From Pelagomonas calceolata (lineage: Eukaryota), in assembly GCA_918797485.1 (NCBI GenBank), contig CAKKNE010000005.1, forward strand, positions 5,022,001 to 5,086,000: 64,000 nt of DNA, in the 5' to 3' direction. Below the pieces are notes generated by a model. The model made no database searches. It saw nothing but the letters and a program-made list of their open reading frames with translations, and was not told where the DNA came from. The translations under genes and the position numbers were made by a program. Below are positions 40,017 to 50,460 of the stretch, piece after piece. Each line of letters opens with the position of its first letter. Positions within the stretch are counted from its first letter, which is position 1.

Positions 40017-41918
40017 CTTTTTAAGTCTAGCCTGTTGTCTTCTTTGTCCGCCTCGATAGCGTCCAGAGCCACCAATCGCGGGAAACGCACAATACCGTCG
40101 CCTCTCCTTTCGACGCGCGCAAAAGACTCCCGAGACACCTCGCCACCGCCTGCACTGCGGTATCGACGTGTTCCTGTTTTACGTATCTAGTGCTAGTACG
40201 TCGATACGCTAGCTTGGGAGGTTTTTTGGCCATTTATCAACTCACCACCACTCTACCCAGAAATTAACGACTTCCCAAATTCGGAATATACCATAGTCGT
40301 CCGCCGAGACCGTTTGTTTGCAATCAGCGGCCTGGGAACATACCCTCATGCCTCCCGGAACACACCGCCCCGCGGCGACATTCGCGGATGAGTCTTACAG
40401 CTTGCCAAAGTAGACCAGCGATTGACGCCGCCATCTACCGTCCAGATGGTACATTATATCAACTCCAGCCCAGTTTTCATACACACTCGACGGAACCGGA
40501 GCCGACGGCCCGCGCTCGGAGGGCGGGAAAAGAATTCTACTGGACAACTCCCGAGTTTATGTTCGTTTCCTTCCGTTTGTTAGTGGTAGAGTCCATCTAG
40601 GCCGCATCAGCGCCCACTGAGCTATTTGAGGTGATCCGTATGAGCCGCGCGAAACAGCGACTTCGCGACCACGCGTTGAACGAAGATAGCCACAAATCCT
40701 GAATCTGCGAGTATCAGCGACGAAAACATCCAGATGGACCATAACGCCGTCGTTCTATTCACAATCGACCGACTTGCCCGTTCTCCGCGGACGACGGTGC
40801 GTACGCGGGGCACTGAATTGGCCCCAGACCGGTGAGTTGTGAAATAAATTCGCGTTTCAGGCGCTTTTATTGTGGGACGGGCCAGCTAACCGGCCTGAGC
40901 GGCTACTACATTGCTTGAGACCCCACGATGCTCCGCGCGGCTCGGCTCGGCCGCGAGCCCACTATCTCGCTAATTTTGGCAAAGTACACAGACCTGCGGC
41001 CATCAGCCCGTGTACCATCACCATGGACCATGACGCGATCATTTGTTCCATGATTGACTGACTTGCGCGAGGTCCAGATGCAGATGTTCACGGCCCGAGC
41101 GTGGGCAGCACAAAAGTACCCTTCTCGTGGTGTAGATGTCAAATACTTGTAATTGACTATCGGTGGGGTAGTATGGGGTCCGACGAGACCGCTATCACGA
41201 TTATTGGAGGCCCTCGGGTAATTGACGTTTTTTACGGGAACGGGGCGCCATCGGGTCCAAATTATTTACTTTTTTCGGAGGTAGATCGGCTCGCGGACTC
41301 CCTCTCGGGTGGGTGTGAGGTCGGGTGGTCGCCTAGACCGCATGCGCGAGTGCTTGGTGCTCTCCAGAGAGCTCTGGATCCAAAACTTTGGAGGATCATG
41401 GGAGAGGGCCGCGCACTGCCAAGGACCTGTACTGATATGTATATACCGAAGGAAGCGCCCGCGCATGCGGTGTAGGCGTTTGCACGTGTATAGTACCGAC
41501 CCTGAGTGACCCCTGGGAGACCTCTAGGGCAGGGATTGACAGGATTAAACCGGCGCGGCCGCCCTGTGGCCTCGTCCGCCTCCGCACCGCGAAACTATTT
41601 TTGGCCCCCAGTAAGTGTCCCATTGATCTCTTTGGACCAGTAGCGGACTGAAGGGTACTCACATAGCTGCATGTCATTCCCCAAAACCCGCGGCCTCAAA
41701 CCCACCAGTAGTTTTGCGCCCCCCCCCGGGCCTCGTAAAAAGGCGCAGTGGACTCGACGCGAGCGCCGCGGCAGGACGGTTAAGCCCGGCCGCAGCGCGC
41801 CAGCAGCGCTGGCAAGCCCTCGCTGGGCTCCGCGTAAGCGAAACGACTGCGCAGCTCGTTTGAACCGAACAACGGACGGATTTGACCAGACGAGGTCAGG
41901 AGCGGCCGCGGCGCAAAC

Positions 41919-44900
41919 ATGGCGACGACGCACCCTTCCACCGTGACCGCGGCGGTGCCCGCGGCCGCCGCAGCGCCCGCGACCACGCCCGTGACCGCGG
42001 CGGCGGCACCCTTGACTGCCGCGGCGCCCGTGACCGCGCCCGCTCCCGCGACGACCGCGCCAGTGACCGCCGCCGGCCCGGGCTCGTCGCAGCCGGCGCC
42101 GCCAGAAGCGCCCAAATTCGGCGACCTCTTTAGCGGCTGGCCGCAGAGGACGTCGAGCGCACCTGTCTCCCAGACGAACTTCCACTTTCCGCGGCGGACG
42201 GCGAGCGAAGGCTCCGCGGCGCAAACGACCGCTTTCCGCGCCGCCGCTGCGCGGCTGAGCGCAGCCGCGTCAGCTCCCACGTTCAACACGAACGGTGGTC
42301 TATTTACGTCTTCGGCCGCGCCGCAGCCGCCGAGCGGTGGTCTATTTACGTCTTCGGCCGCGCCGCAGCCGCCGAGCGGTTTAATTCCGCCTCCGCCCGC
42401 GCACTCGGCCACAAATTTGGCGAGTCCAAGGGCCGGCCGCCGCATCGTGTCCGTCGGCCGTCGCTTTACCGCTCGGGCCGCCTCGACACCCGCGCCGGCC
42501 GCAAAACCGACGACGAAGCCGCATCAGGCGAACGTCGAGGCCGCCAGGGCCGCTTTGGGCCTGTCGGGTGCGCCGCCGGCGCCCGCCGGGTTATTCAGTG
42601 CGACGCCAGCCTTTGGGGCGAAACCCGCGATCGGCGCGGCGGCGGCGCCCGTCCTCTTCGGCCAGCAGCCGCAGCAGCCCATCTTCCCGGCGGGTCCACC
42701 GGCCTGTACGACGCTCTCGACGGGCTGGCTCGGGGACTTTTCGCGGTTCCTCAAGTGGGAGGCCGTCGACTCGACGCGCGCGGTGGACGCGAAGCTCTGG
42801 GTGCGGGGGTCGAATTCCTTCGCCGCGGACCGGTGCTGCTTGTCGGACGGCTTGACGGAGATGGAGTTCGACATCTCGAGCCTCGGGCCCTTGGAGCGCG
42901 CCAACCTCGCGCCGGGCAACGTCGTCTGCGTGAAGAGGGTCAAGATAAAGTCGGCGACCGAGACGCCGCGCATGGCCATCGAGCGGACGGAGCTCGTCCA
43001 GGGCCAGCCCCGCCGGCCCGACGCGAACGCGAAGGCCGACGCGACACCCGCCGCCGGGAGCGTGCACCTGCTCACGGGGGCGTCGAGCGCCGGCACCGTC
43101 GTCGTGGTCCGCGTGGCCGAGGTCCTCCGCGAGCCGAATACCGTGGACCGCTGGCGCGTGGAGATTGACGACGGGGACGCGACGCTGTCGTGTTTGTTGG
43201 CGGCTGGCGTCCACGCCAACGTCGCGCCGCGGTCGCTGGTCTCGGTGAAGTCGGCGGGCCGCGCCGACTTCGACGGTGCGAGCACGGTCGTCCTGCAGTC
43301 GATCACAGTCGTTGCCCCGCCGCCGCCGCAAGACAAAGCCGCGCCCGTGACGACGCCGACGAAGAAGAAGCCGCTCGACGAGGTCTCGACGAACGTAACT
43401 CCAGAAAAGGCGATCGTGCAGGCCAATCTCCTCTCGCCCGACCACGGGCGGCAGACGTTCTTCGTGAGCCCTACGGGCGTCGAGAACTTTCCGTCGTTCG
43501 CCGTTGAACCGCGCGGCGGCCGCGACTGGCGGTCGCGCTGGCGGGATGAGATCGACGGCGACGCGATTGTGTTCGCGGGCGCGCGAGCCGTCGCGGGCGA
43601 CGCGTTCGAGAAACGAGCTCGGCTGCTGCGCGAAGCGTGCAGCCGGCAGCAAATCATCGTCTCCGGCGGCGACTGGAGGGCGCGGAAAGACGTCGACTCG
43701 CTTTTCCTCGAGAAGATGCTGCGCGCTTAAGCCGGCCGCAGCTCGTCGTGGCGCCGCCTCACGGAGGAGAACTTCCCGGCCCTCACGACTGCGGTGGCCC
43801 AGGCCAGGACGGCCGTCACGCGCATTACTGGTCTCCAGAAACAGCTCGAGGGCTCGCGACGAATGCGCGCCCTGATCAAGCGACCCATCGACGAGGGCCT
43901 GCTTGGCTCGTGCCTGTTCGAGCGAGGCGTCGCGCGTTTGGAGGCGGAGGTAGCGGCCGGGTCGGCTCTTCTCGACGCCGCCTACGAACATCTCGCCGCC
44001 ATCGAAACGGTAGGCGCGCGACGCTACGCGCTCGGAGCAATCTGCGAGGTCCTTGGAAAGCCCAAGCCGCGGGTTGATTGGCGCGCCTGCTGGGACACCA
44101 CGGACGATCTAAGCAGCCTATTCCGGGAGGAGGAATCCTTCGACTCCGCGTGGCGAGCCGCCGCGGGCGAACTCGAAGGTCGCGTGGCCATGGCGGTCGT
44201 CGTCGACGAGGAGGCCGATCCCGATCACTGGTCGCCGGGTGTGCGCGCCATCTCACACCTCGATGACCGCTACCTCAACGAGGGGTTGGACTCTGTGTGG
44301 AAATCAACCAGTGTGTCGGGTGCACCCGACAATTCTTCACTAAGTCATTTCTCGGCGATGACGCGGCCGACCTGGCTCGGTCGAGCTGCGAGGAACCGGC
44401 ATCGCCACGCCATCGAGCAGGCGTCGCGTCGATGGCGTGGAGGACGACGCGACGATTCAGCACGAACGCGCCGTAAAATTTTGATTTCCACACAGGTTGG
44501 ACTTCGACGAAGACGACGACCTCTGGATTGAAGGAGACCGGCTCTCGTCCTACGCGGCCGCGGCGGCCGTCGAAGCGGCTTCGGGGACGCTCGCTGCCGA
44601 TCTGCGTGACGCGCCGGCCCTCGCCGTGGCCCGGAAAGCAAGCGAGTCGCTCGCGCGGCGCCGCCGCGCCCGCGAGGATGCCTGGGCCGGTCGGTCGACC
44701 GTGATAGCTCGGAAGTGGCCTTGGCGTGTCGGAGACGAGGCGGTGTGGGTCTCCCCGGGTGAGCCCGACCGGCGCTGCGTCATACTGGCGCGTAGCCCGA
44801 GCCGGACCACGACCACCCCTCGCTGGAAAATCCTAGCCGACAATATCGGCGAGACCCAGGTATTTTCGACGTCTCTCCGCATGGACCTTGCGGTCTTAAA

Positions 44901-46583
44901 CGAGGGCAAGGACCTGGACGCGCGCGAGAAGGCGCTGGCCACCGCAGAGCGAACGATCGCCGCGCGGTCGCGCGCCGAGCAACGCCAGGCCCTGCGCGAC
45001 GCGCGCACGACGCTCGGCTCAGACGTGACGTCGCCGGTCGACTGGCGCGCCGCAGTCTTCGACGACAAGGAGATCTGGCTCGCCAGCGAGGCCGACTTCC
45101 TCCGCGGCGTCGACTGCAAGCTGCTGAAGCTCACGCTAGAGACGGTCGCTACCACGGCCAAGTGCTCCTACGCCGAAGCGTTCGACGCGTGCCGGCGGGC
45201 GCCCCAGGACACGCTCGCTACGCTGAGCGCGTGCCTCACGGACGACGTCCGGGCGATGGCTCGAATCGTCGACCGCGCCGTGGATCGGCTCCGGGCGTCT
45301 TCGGCTACTCTGGCCGCCGCGGCCTCGGCGGCCGAGCGAGAGGTCGCCGACCGCCGCGCGCGCTTCCAGGACGTCATCGATGCCGCTTCGACCGTCGCGC
45401 CCTCGCGCACCGTGGTGATGCCAGCGGTGCTCTCGCGCGACGCGTTGAACACCTTATTAGATCAAAAGGCCTTCGAGGAGCTCTCGCGCGAAGACGATCT
45501 GGAGATCATCGCGGGCCTCGTCAAGCGCATCAAGGACGTCTTCGCCGCGGCCGGCGCGGCCCCGTCTCGGGCGCGGATCGGATACGCCGTCGGGGACGAA
45601 GATTTGACGCGGCCGGCGACGCTAGAGCGCTATGTGGACCAATTAGCCCTCGCCGACGGCGCGGCGCCCCAGGGCGACGACCTGCCCTTTCAGCCGGCGG
45701 CGGACTTGTCTCGCGTCTTTGCGAGCAGCAACCAATGGCTCAACCGGGCGCGCCGGCGGTACCGCTATTGGGCCGATCGGTGGAAGGAGCTCAAGACGTG
45801 CCCAATCTGCTGGGACGCCCTGCCGAAGGCCGAGATGATGGGCGCGCACTTAGGAACCAAGCTCTGCGCCCATTTCGACGAAGTCTGCGTGTCCTGCGCC
45901 CGAGAGCATTGCAAAAATCATTTAGCTGATTCGTCTGGTATCACGGAGAAAGGGCTCCCTTGCGTGGAATGGGGCTGCTCCACGCCGCTCACGCTGGACG
46001 CGCTGGCCGCGACGTTTACCGTTATGCGCGGCCACGGCGACGGGGATGCCTACCCGACCCCGGACCAGTTGTTACGGCCTGCAGATGTGGCCAAAGCCAA
46101 ACGCTTCGTCCGCGCCGCGAAGATTAGTGTTTTTGGTCCGGGAGCGGCTTGCTGGTGCCCGAACGGGTGCGAGGATTCGATCGTCGATCTCACGAGCCCG
46201 ACGCCCCAGTGCAAGGTCTGCGCGACGGTCGTTTGCAAGTCGTGTCAACAGGTCGGGCACGACGGGCCCTGCGCCGCCGCCGCGAGCGCGCTCGACGAAA
46301 CGTTATGGCGCGGTAACTGGCAGCGCTGTCCCGGCTGTAAGACGGTTGTTGAGAAGAAGGAGGTCCGCGGCCGGCGTCCTTCGAGAATACGCCATCGACG
46401 CGACTCATAATCACTCACTCATAGGCGTGCGACCACATGCGGTGCCGGTGCGGAACGCTCTTCTGTTACAATTGCGGCGCGCGCGGCCATGGCTGCCCGA
46501 CGAAGTGCACGCGGCCGCGCGTCTTCGACCCGGCCGAGGACAAGCGACCGGTCAACCGCACCAACCGCGCCGCCGACTACTAG
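41919..46583 (+). CDS. Multidomain RBR (RING-IBR-RING) E3 ligase-like gene; in-frame TAA at 43728-43730; introns 44285-44495 and 46363-46424
   Basis: CPICWD...CVSC (RING1), WCPNGC...CKVC...CKSC (IBR), RCPGCKTVVEKKE|ACDHMRCRCGTLFCYNC (RING2). The upstream ORF 41919..43730 is in the same frame. Confidence 0.65.
42293..42376 (+). repeat. Exact 42-bp tandem duplication (GGLFTSSAAPQPPS x2)
   Basis: cggtggtctatttacgtcttcggccgcgccgcagccgccgag x2. Confidence 0.9.
44293..44495 (+). mobile_element. Introner-type TIR element, 203 bp, with perfect TSD GTTGGACT
   Basis: TIR CTGTGTGGAAATCAA...TTGATTTCCACACAG; TSD at 44285-44292 and 44496-44503; splicing gives NEG|LDFDED. Confidence 0.95.
46363..46424 (+). 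other. Spliceosomal intron (62 nt) related to intron 5615-5701
   Basis: GTCCGCGGCCGGCGTCC...ATACGCCATCGACGCGACTC...CTCATAG; splicing completes RING2. Confidence 0.85.
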
Positions 46584-46687
46584 GCGACGCATCGGCAGCA
46601 GCGCGGCACCAAGGCCTGCGCGCGCCACTGAAGATTAAGCTTATTTATGTGACTACTAGATGAACAACACGGTTACACCAGGGCCAC

Positions 46688-48441
46688 TCACTGCGCGAGC
46701 AACGGCGACACCTCGCCCACCGCCGGCTGCGGCGCTTGGACCGGAGTAGAGGCCACCGGCCTGTTCCTGGAGCGCTCGTGATAGTCTAATGGAACTCTAG
46801 ACATCTCCATCGGCAGCGCGTGCGCCGCCCAACCCACGCTAACGCAGACTAAAGTGACGAGCAGGATCACATTTGATATCGAGTTGGGAGAAGCTACCCA
46901 GTTCGACGCCGCTAAACCGCCCAAGCCTCTAGCTGAATAGGCAGCGGCCACGGTAGCTGATCGGGACCTGTGTGGAAATCAAATTTTACGGCGCGTTCGT
47001 GCTGAATCGTCGCGTCGTCCTCCACGCCATCGACGCGACGCCTGCTCGATGGCGTGCTGATGCCGGTTCCTCGCAGCTCGACCGAGCCAGGTCGGCCGCG
47101 TCATCGCCGAGAAATGACTTAGTGAAGAATTGTCGGTGCACCCGACGCACTGGTTGATTTCCACACGGATCAGGACGGGTCGCCTTGCGTCTCGGCGGAA
47201 TAGACCAAAGTGAGCCACACTGCGGTCGTCAACGCGCCTCTTGCCATCGACATCATGCAGATGACAAGGTTTATACTAGCTCCTTTGGCCCAAGGGAAGT
47301 ATTCTGGAATACAGAGGAAAAGTAATCCTCCTCCCGCGAAGGCTGCAAGGCCAGCTAAACAAGGATGCCTTCCCATGACATCAACGACATGGCGCGCTAT
47401 CAGCACGAAGAGCACGTCGAAGGCCAGGCCCGAAAACGCCAGGCCGTAGTCGATCGCCGGACACGGCTCCGAGTCCGCGTAGCTCAGACTCAGGCGCCGG
47501 CGGAACGGCGCCGCCGCGTTTCTTCCGTCACTCGCGAACTCGAGGCGAATCAGCGACGTAATCCCATAGAGCCCGAAGGCCACGAGAAATACGAAACCGA
47601 CGACGCACAGATTGACGCCCCCAACGCAGGCTCTACAGGCTTGTCCCGGAGCAGGCACGGCCGGCTTTGAGCCATCGCCGGAGTTGCGCAGAGTATCGTC
47701 GAGGATGGATGTGACTCGATTGGCGCCCGGTGTGCCCGTACCGTTAAAGGTCCGTGCCGCTTCTTGGCGTGTTTGCGTACGCAGCTGGACGTGCTTGTTT
47801 GACGCTAATAGCCAGCGCGGAGATTCGACCAGGCCTCGCGCGCAGGCGATGCCGGCGAAGAACGGCAGGGCCGCGGCGAACGCGAGCGCGGCGCGCCACT
47901 GCGCGCCGACTGAGGAGCTTGCGATTGCACCGGCGATTACTGCAAGCAAAGCGTGCGCTCCCAAAACTAAAGCCGAGCCGACAGCGACAAAGGCCGCGAG
48001 CGTCGTCGCGTAGCCGGCGCGCGCGGTGACGGGCGCCCGCTCCACTGCGAGTAGGAGTGACGGAATAAAGAGGCCGGTCGCGCTGGCCGCGCAGACAGCT
48101 ACTCCCACCTCAAATGCGAATGGCGTTGACGCGCACGCGGCGACGGCACAGGTGCCCGTGGCCCCGACGCAAGCTAATACAATTGCCTCCCTGCGACCCA
48201 AGAAGTCAGCCGCCACTGCCCATCCGACCGCGCCAATTATTTGACCAATGACGATCCCCGTGCCCGCCCGCGCCGAAGCGTTTGAGTCGTCGTCGTCCTC
48301 GAGCCACTCCGTGGCCGCGCACGGCGCCGCGATGGTCAGTGCTTCTAATACGGCACCGCCAGCGGCGCAGGCCAGGCCGAGGTGCCAGAGCGCGTGGCGG
48401 CCGCTCCTGCCCACTCCTAAGGCTGAGAGAGTTGTGTCCAT
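46688..48441 (-). CDS. MFS transporter (SV2/SVOP-like); intron 46968-47176; 514 aa
   Basis: ADFLGRR and VDVMGRH loop motifs, LVESPRWLL, many hydrophobic helices; splicing joins ETQGDP|SRSATVAAAYS. Confidence 0.85.
46968..47168 (-). mobile_element. Introner-type TIR element, 201 bp, TSD with one mismatch
   Basis: Near-identical inverted copy of 44293-44495; flanks ATCGGGAC (46960-46967) and ATCAGGAC (47169-47176). Confidence 0.93.
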
Positions 48442-48928
48442 AGCGCTGCTGAGCTGTTATCTCTCGGCGATGCTGAGTTGGCAACGCGCAACGTCGCGGC
48501 GGCTGCGTTTTAGTGTGGCTGGTCTGAGGCTGGTCTAGAGATTGTCTAGCCTTGCGCGGCCCGCGGCCAGCGAGGATCGATTGGCTGCAACGGACAAGAG
48601 TTAGATGTGTAGATGGCTGGTCCGTATCCCGCGCACGGACCAAAGGAGCAACGAGCCGAGAGGCAGGGCCGCGGAACCCGTTTTGTTTGTTTTTTTGACA
48701 GAATCGTCCGACGGGACGCGAGAGCTCTCTGCGCAAGCTTGCTGCACGCCGGGGTTTCTTTTAGCTAGTTCTTTGAGCTAGCGGAACGCTGGCGCTGTGC
48801 ACAGCGCGGCGCACGGCGTGGTCTTGCGCACGGCAGGCAGGAGAACGTCTGCGTGCCAAATCAACGCCAAACGGACAGGGGAGCAACCGGCTGTAGACTT
48901 TGCTTGAGCCCAAGGGGGCAGCCTGACG

Positions 48929-50425
48929 ATGCCTGTCGCCTGGGTCCAGAGCCGGCACCACAACTACAAAATCAATCCCGAGCCAGCGCCGCCGCCGCCC
49001 GCACCAGCCCCAAAGCCGCCGCGTTACACGCTGGCCCCGCCGGACGCCGACTACGTACTCGTCAAGTCGCCCGACGCTCGCCGCCGCAGCGAGATCGCGA
49101 CGCTCGCGCGAAGCATCGAAGGACTGCACGCGGTCGAAGTTGAAACGACCCATGACGCCCTAGACGTGTTGCGCGAGGCGCCGAAGCCGCCGGTCGTCGC
49201 GCTCGTTGACGCCTACGACGAAAACGACGATGGCGAGCTGGATCAAGACGAGATGTCCTGGCCGCTGCTCCGTACCATACAACGGCCGTGCAAGCCGTAC
49301 AGGGATGATATCAGGCAAACGTTTGTGGTCTTCGTCTCCAAAACGGTGCATGAATCTCCGCGGCATACCTTGGACGTGCTTAGTGCAGGGGCACGGATGG
49401 TGACGTCTGATCTGGAGGATTGTCGACGCGCGCTGAAACTGGCGAAGCTTTCGTCGGTCCCGCGCAAGACGTCGTCGGATGGCGTGACGTGTCCCTGTTG
49501 CGGCCTCTCGGGCCTTAATCCGGCCCAACTCTTTGCCCACTACTCGCTGATGCATGTGACGGAGCCCTCGCCGAACGCAGATTGCCCTCTATGTGGTGTA
49601 GTGTGTCGGGCTGGCAAGGGCTTCCTCAACTTTGCCGCGCACCTGGAGGAGAGTCACGAACCGGAGGGAACTGATGAGAACGACGACGGCTTTCTCTCGT
49701 CGGGCGAGCTCGACGCGATGCTGAACAGGGACGACGTCTCAGTAGCTAGAGGACCGGTTTACGAGCCGCCGGCGGAGGAAATTAAGTACGAGTACAAGCC
49801 GCACTCGGCCTATGCGTTGTTGGTTGTGCGAAGGCCGTCCGATGGCAAATATCTGGTCGTTCTGGAGTCCTCGCACACGGCAAACTGCCAGGGCTCGTGT
49901 CGCTGGTGGATCCCGGCGGGTAAGGCCGCGCCGGGCGAGACGATGGCCGAAGCCGCGGTCGCCTCGTGCATGCGAGATACGAACGTGAAGGTGATTCCAA
50001 AGGGTATCATCCGCATTCTCCTCGAGCCGTCGGACAACGCCTCGATTCGGAGCGTCCTCTACTGCGAGCCGGACGAAGTGCAGCCTCGCAAGATGAAGGC
50101 CGTGCCGTCGTTTCATTCCGCGGGCGCGGCTTGGGTGACGGCCGACGAATTCGCGATGGATATCTCAGGCAAGGAGTGCCGCTCAGGCGACCCGAAGGTC
50201 CTCTTCCCAGGAGTATCGAATGGTTCAATACCTATAGAGCCGTTCGGCAACACCTGGAACGCTCTGGAAGCTTTAGTGGCCAAACTCGGCCGAACGCCCC
50301 CGAGCAAGGAGTTGGACGAGATGAGACGAGGTCCCCTGCAGGAGCAGTGGGTCGCGATCTGCAAGCGCTACCCGCTCATTTCCTTCAAGGAGAAGGACTT
50401 CATGGCGCGGAGTTCGAAGCGGTAA
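48929..50425 (+). CDS. Receiver-like + C2H2 (Di19-like) zinc fingers + EF-hand-like loops + degenerate Nudix domain protein
   Basis: VVALVD; CPCCG...HYSLMH and CPLCG...HLEESH; DENDDGELDQDE and DENDDGFLSSGE; WWIPAGKAAPGETMAEAAVASCMRDTNV. Confidence 0.7.
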   Translation: MPVAWVQSRHHNYKINPEPAPPPPAPAPKPPRYTLAPPDADYVLVKSPDARRRSEIATLARSIEGLHAVEVETTHDALDVLREAPKPPVVALVDAYDENDDGELDQDEMSWPLLRTIQRPCKPYRDDIRQTFVVFVSKTVHESPRHTLDVLSAGARMVTSDLEDCRRALKLAKLSSVPRKTSSDGVTCPCCGLSGLNPAQLFAHYSLMHVTEPSPNADCPLCGVVCRAGKGFLNFAAHLEESHEPEGTDENDDGFLSSGELDAMLNRDDVSVARGPVYEPPAEEIKYEYKPHSAYALLVVRRPSDGKYLVVLESSHTANCQGSCRWWIPAGKAAPGETMAEAAVASCMRDTNVKVIPKGIIRILLEPSDNASIRSVLYCEPDEVQPRKMKAVPSFHSAGAAWVTADEFAMDISGKECRSGDPKVLFPGVSNGSIPIEPFGNTWNALEALVAKLGRTPPSKELDEMRRGPLQEQWVAICKRYPLISFKEKDFMARSSKR

Positions 50426-50460
50426 TTTGATAAACTTTAGATAACTAGTACAAAAATTCC

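Noticed and set aside
43728..43730. In-frame stop as a selenocysteine codon
   Set aside because: It is TAA, not TGA. I recognised no selenoprotein or SECIS in the window.
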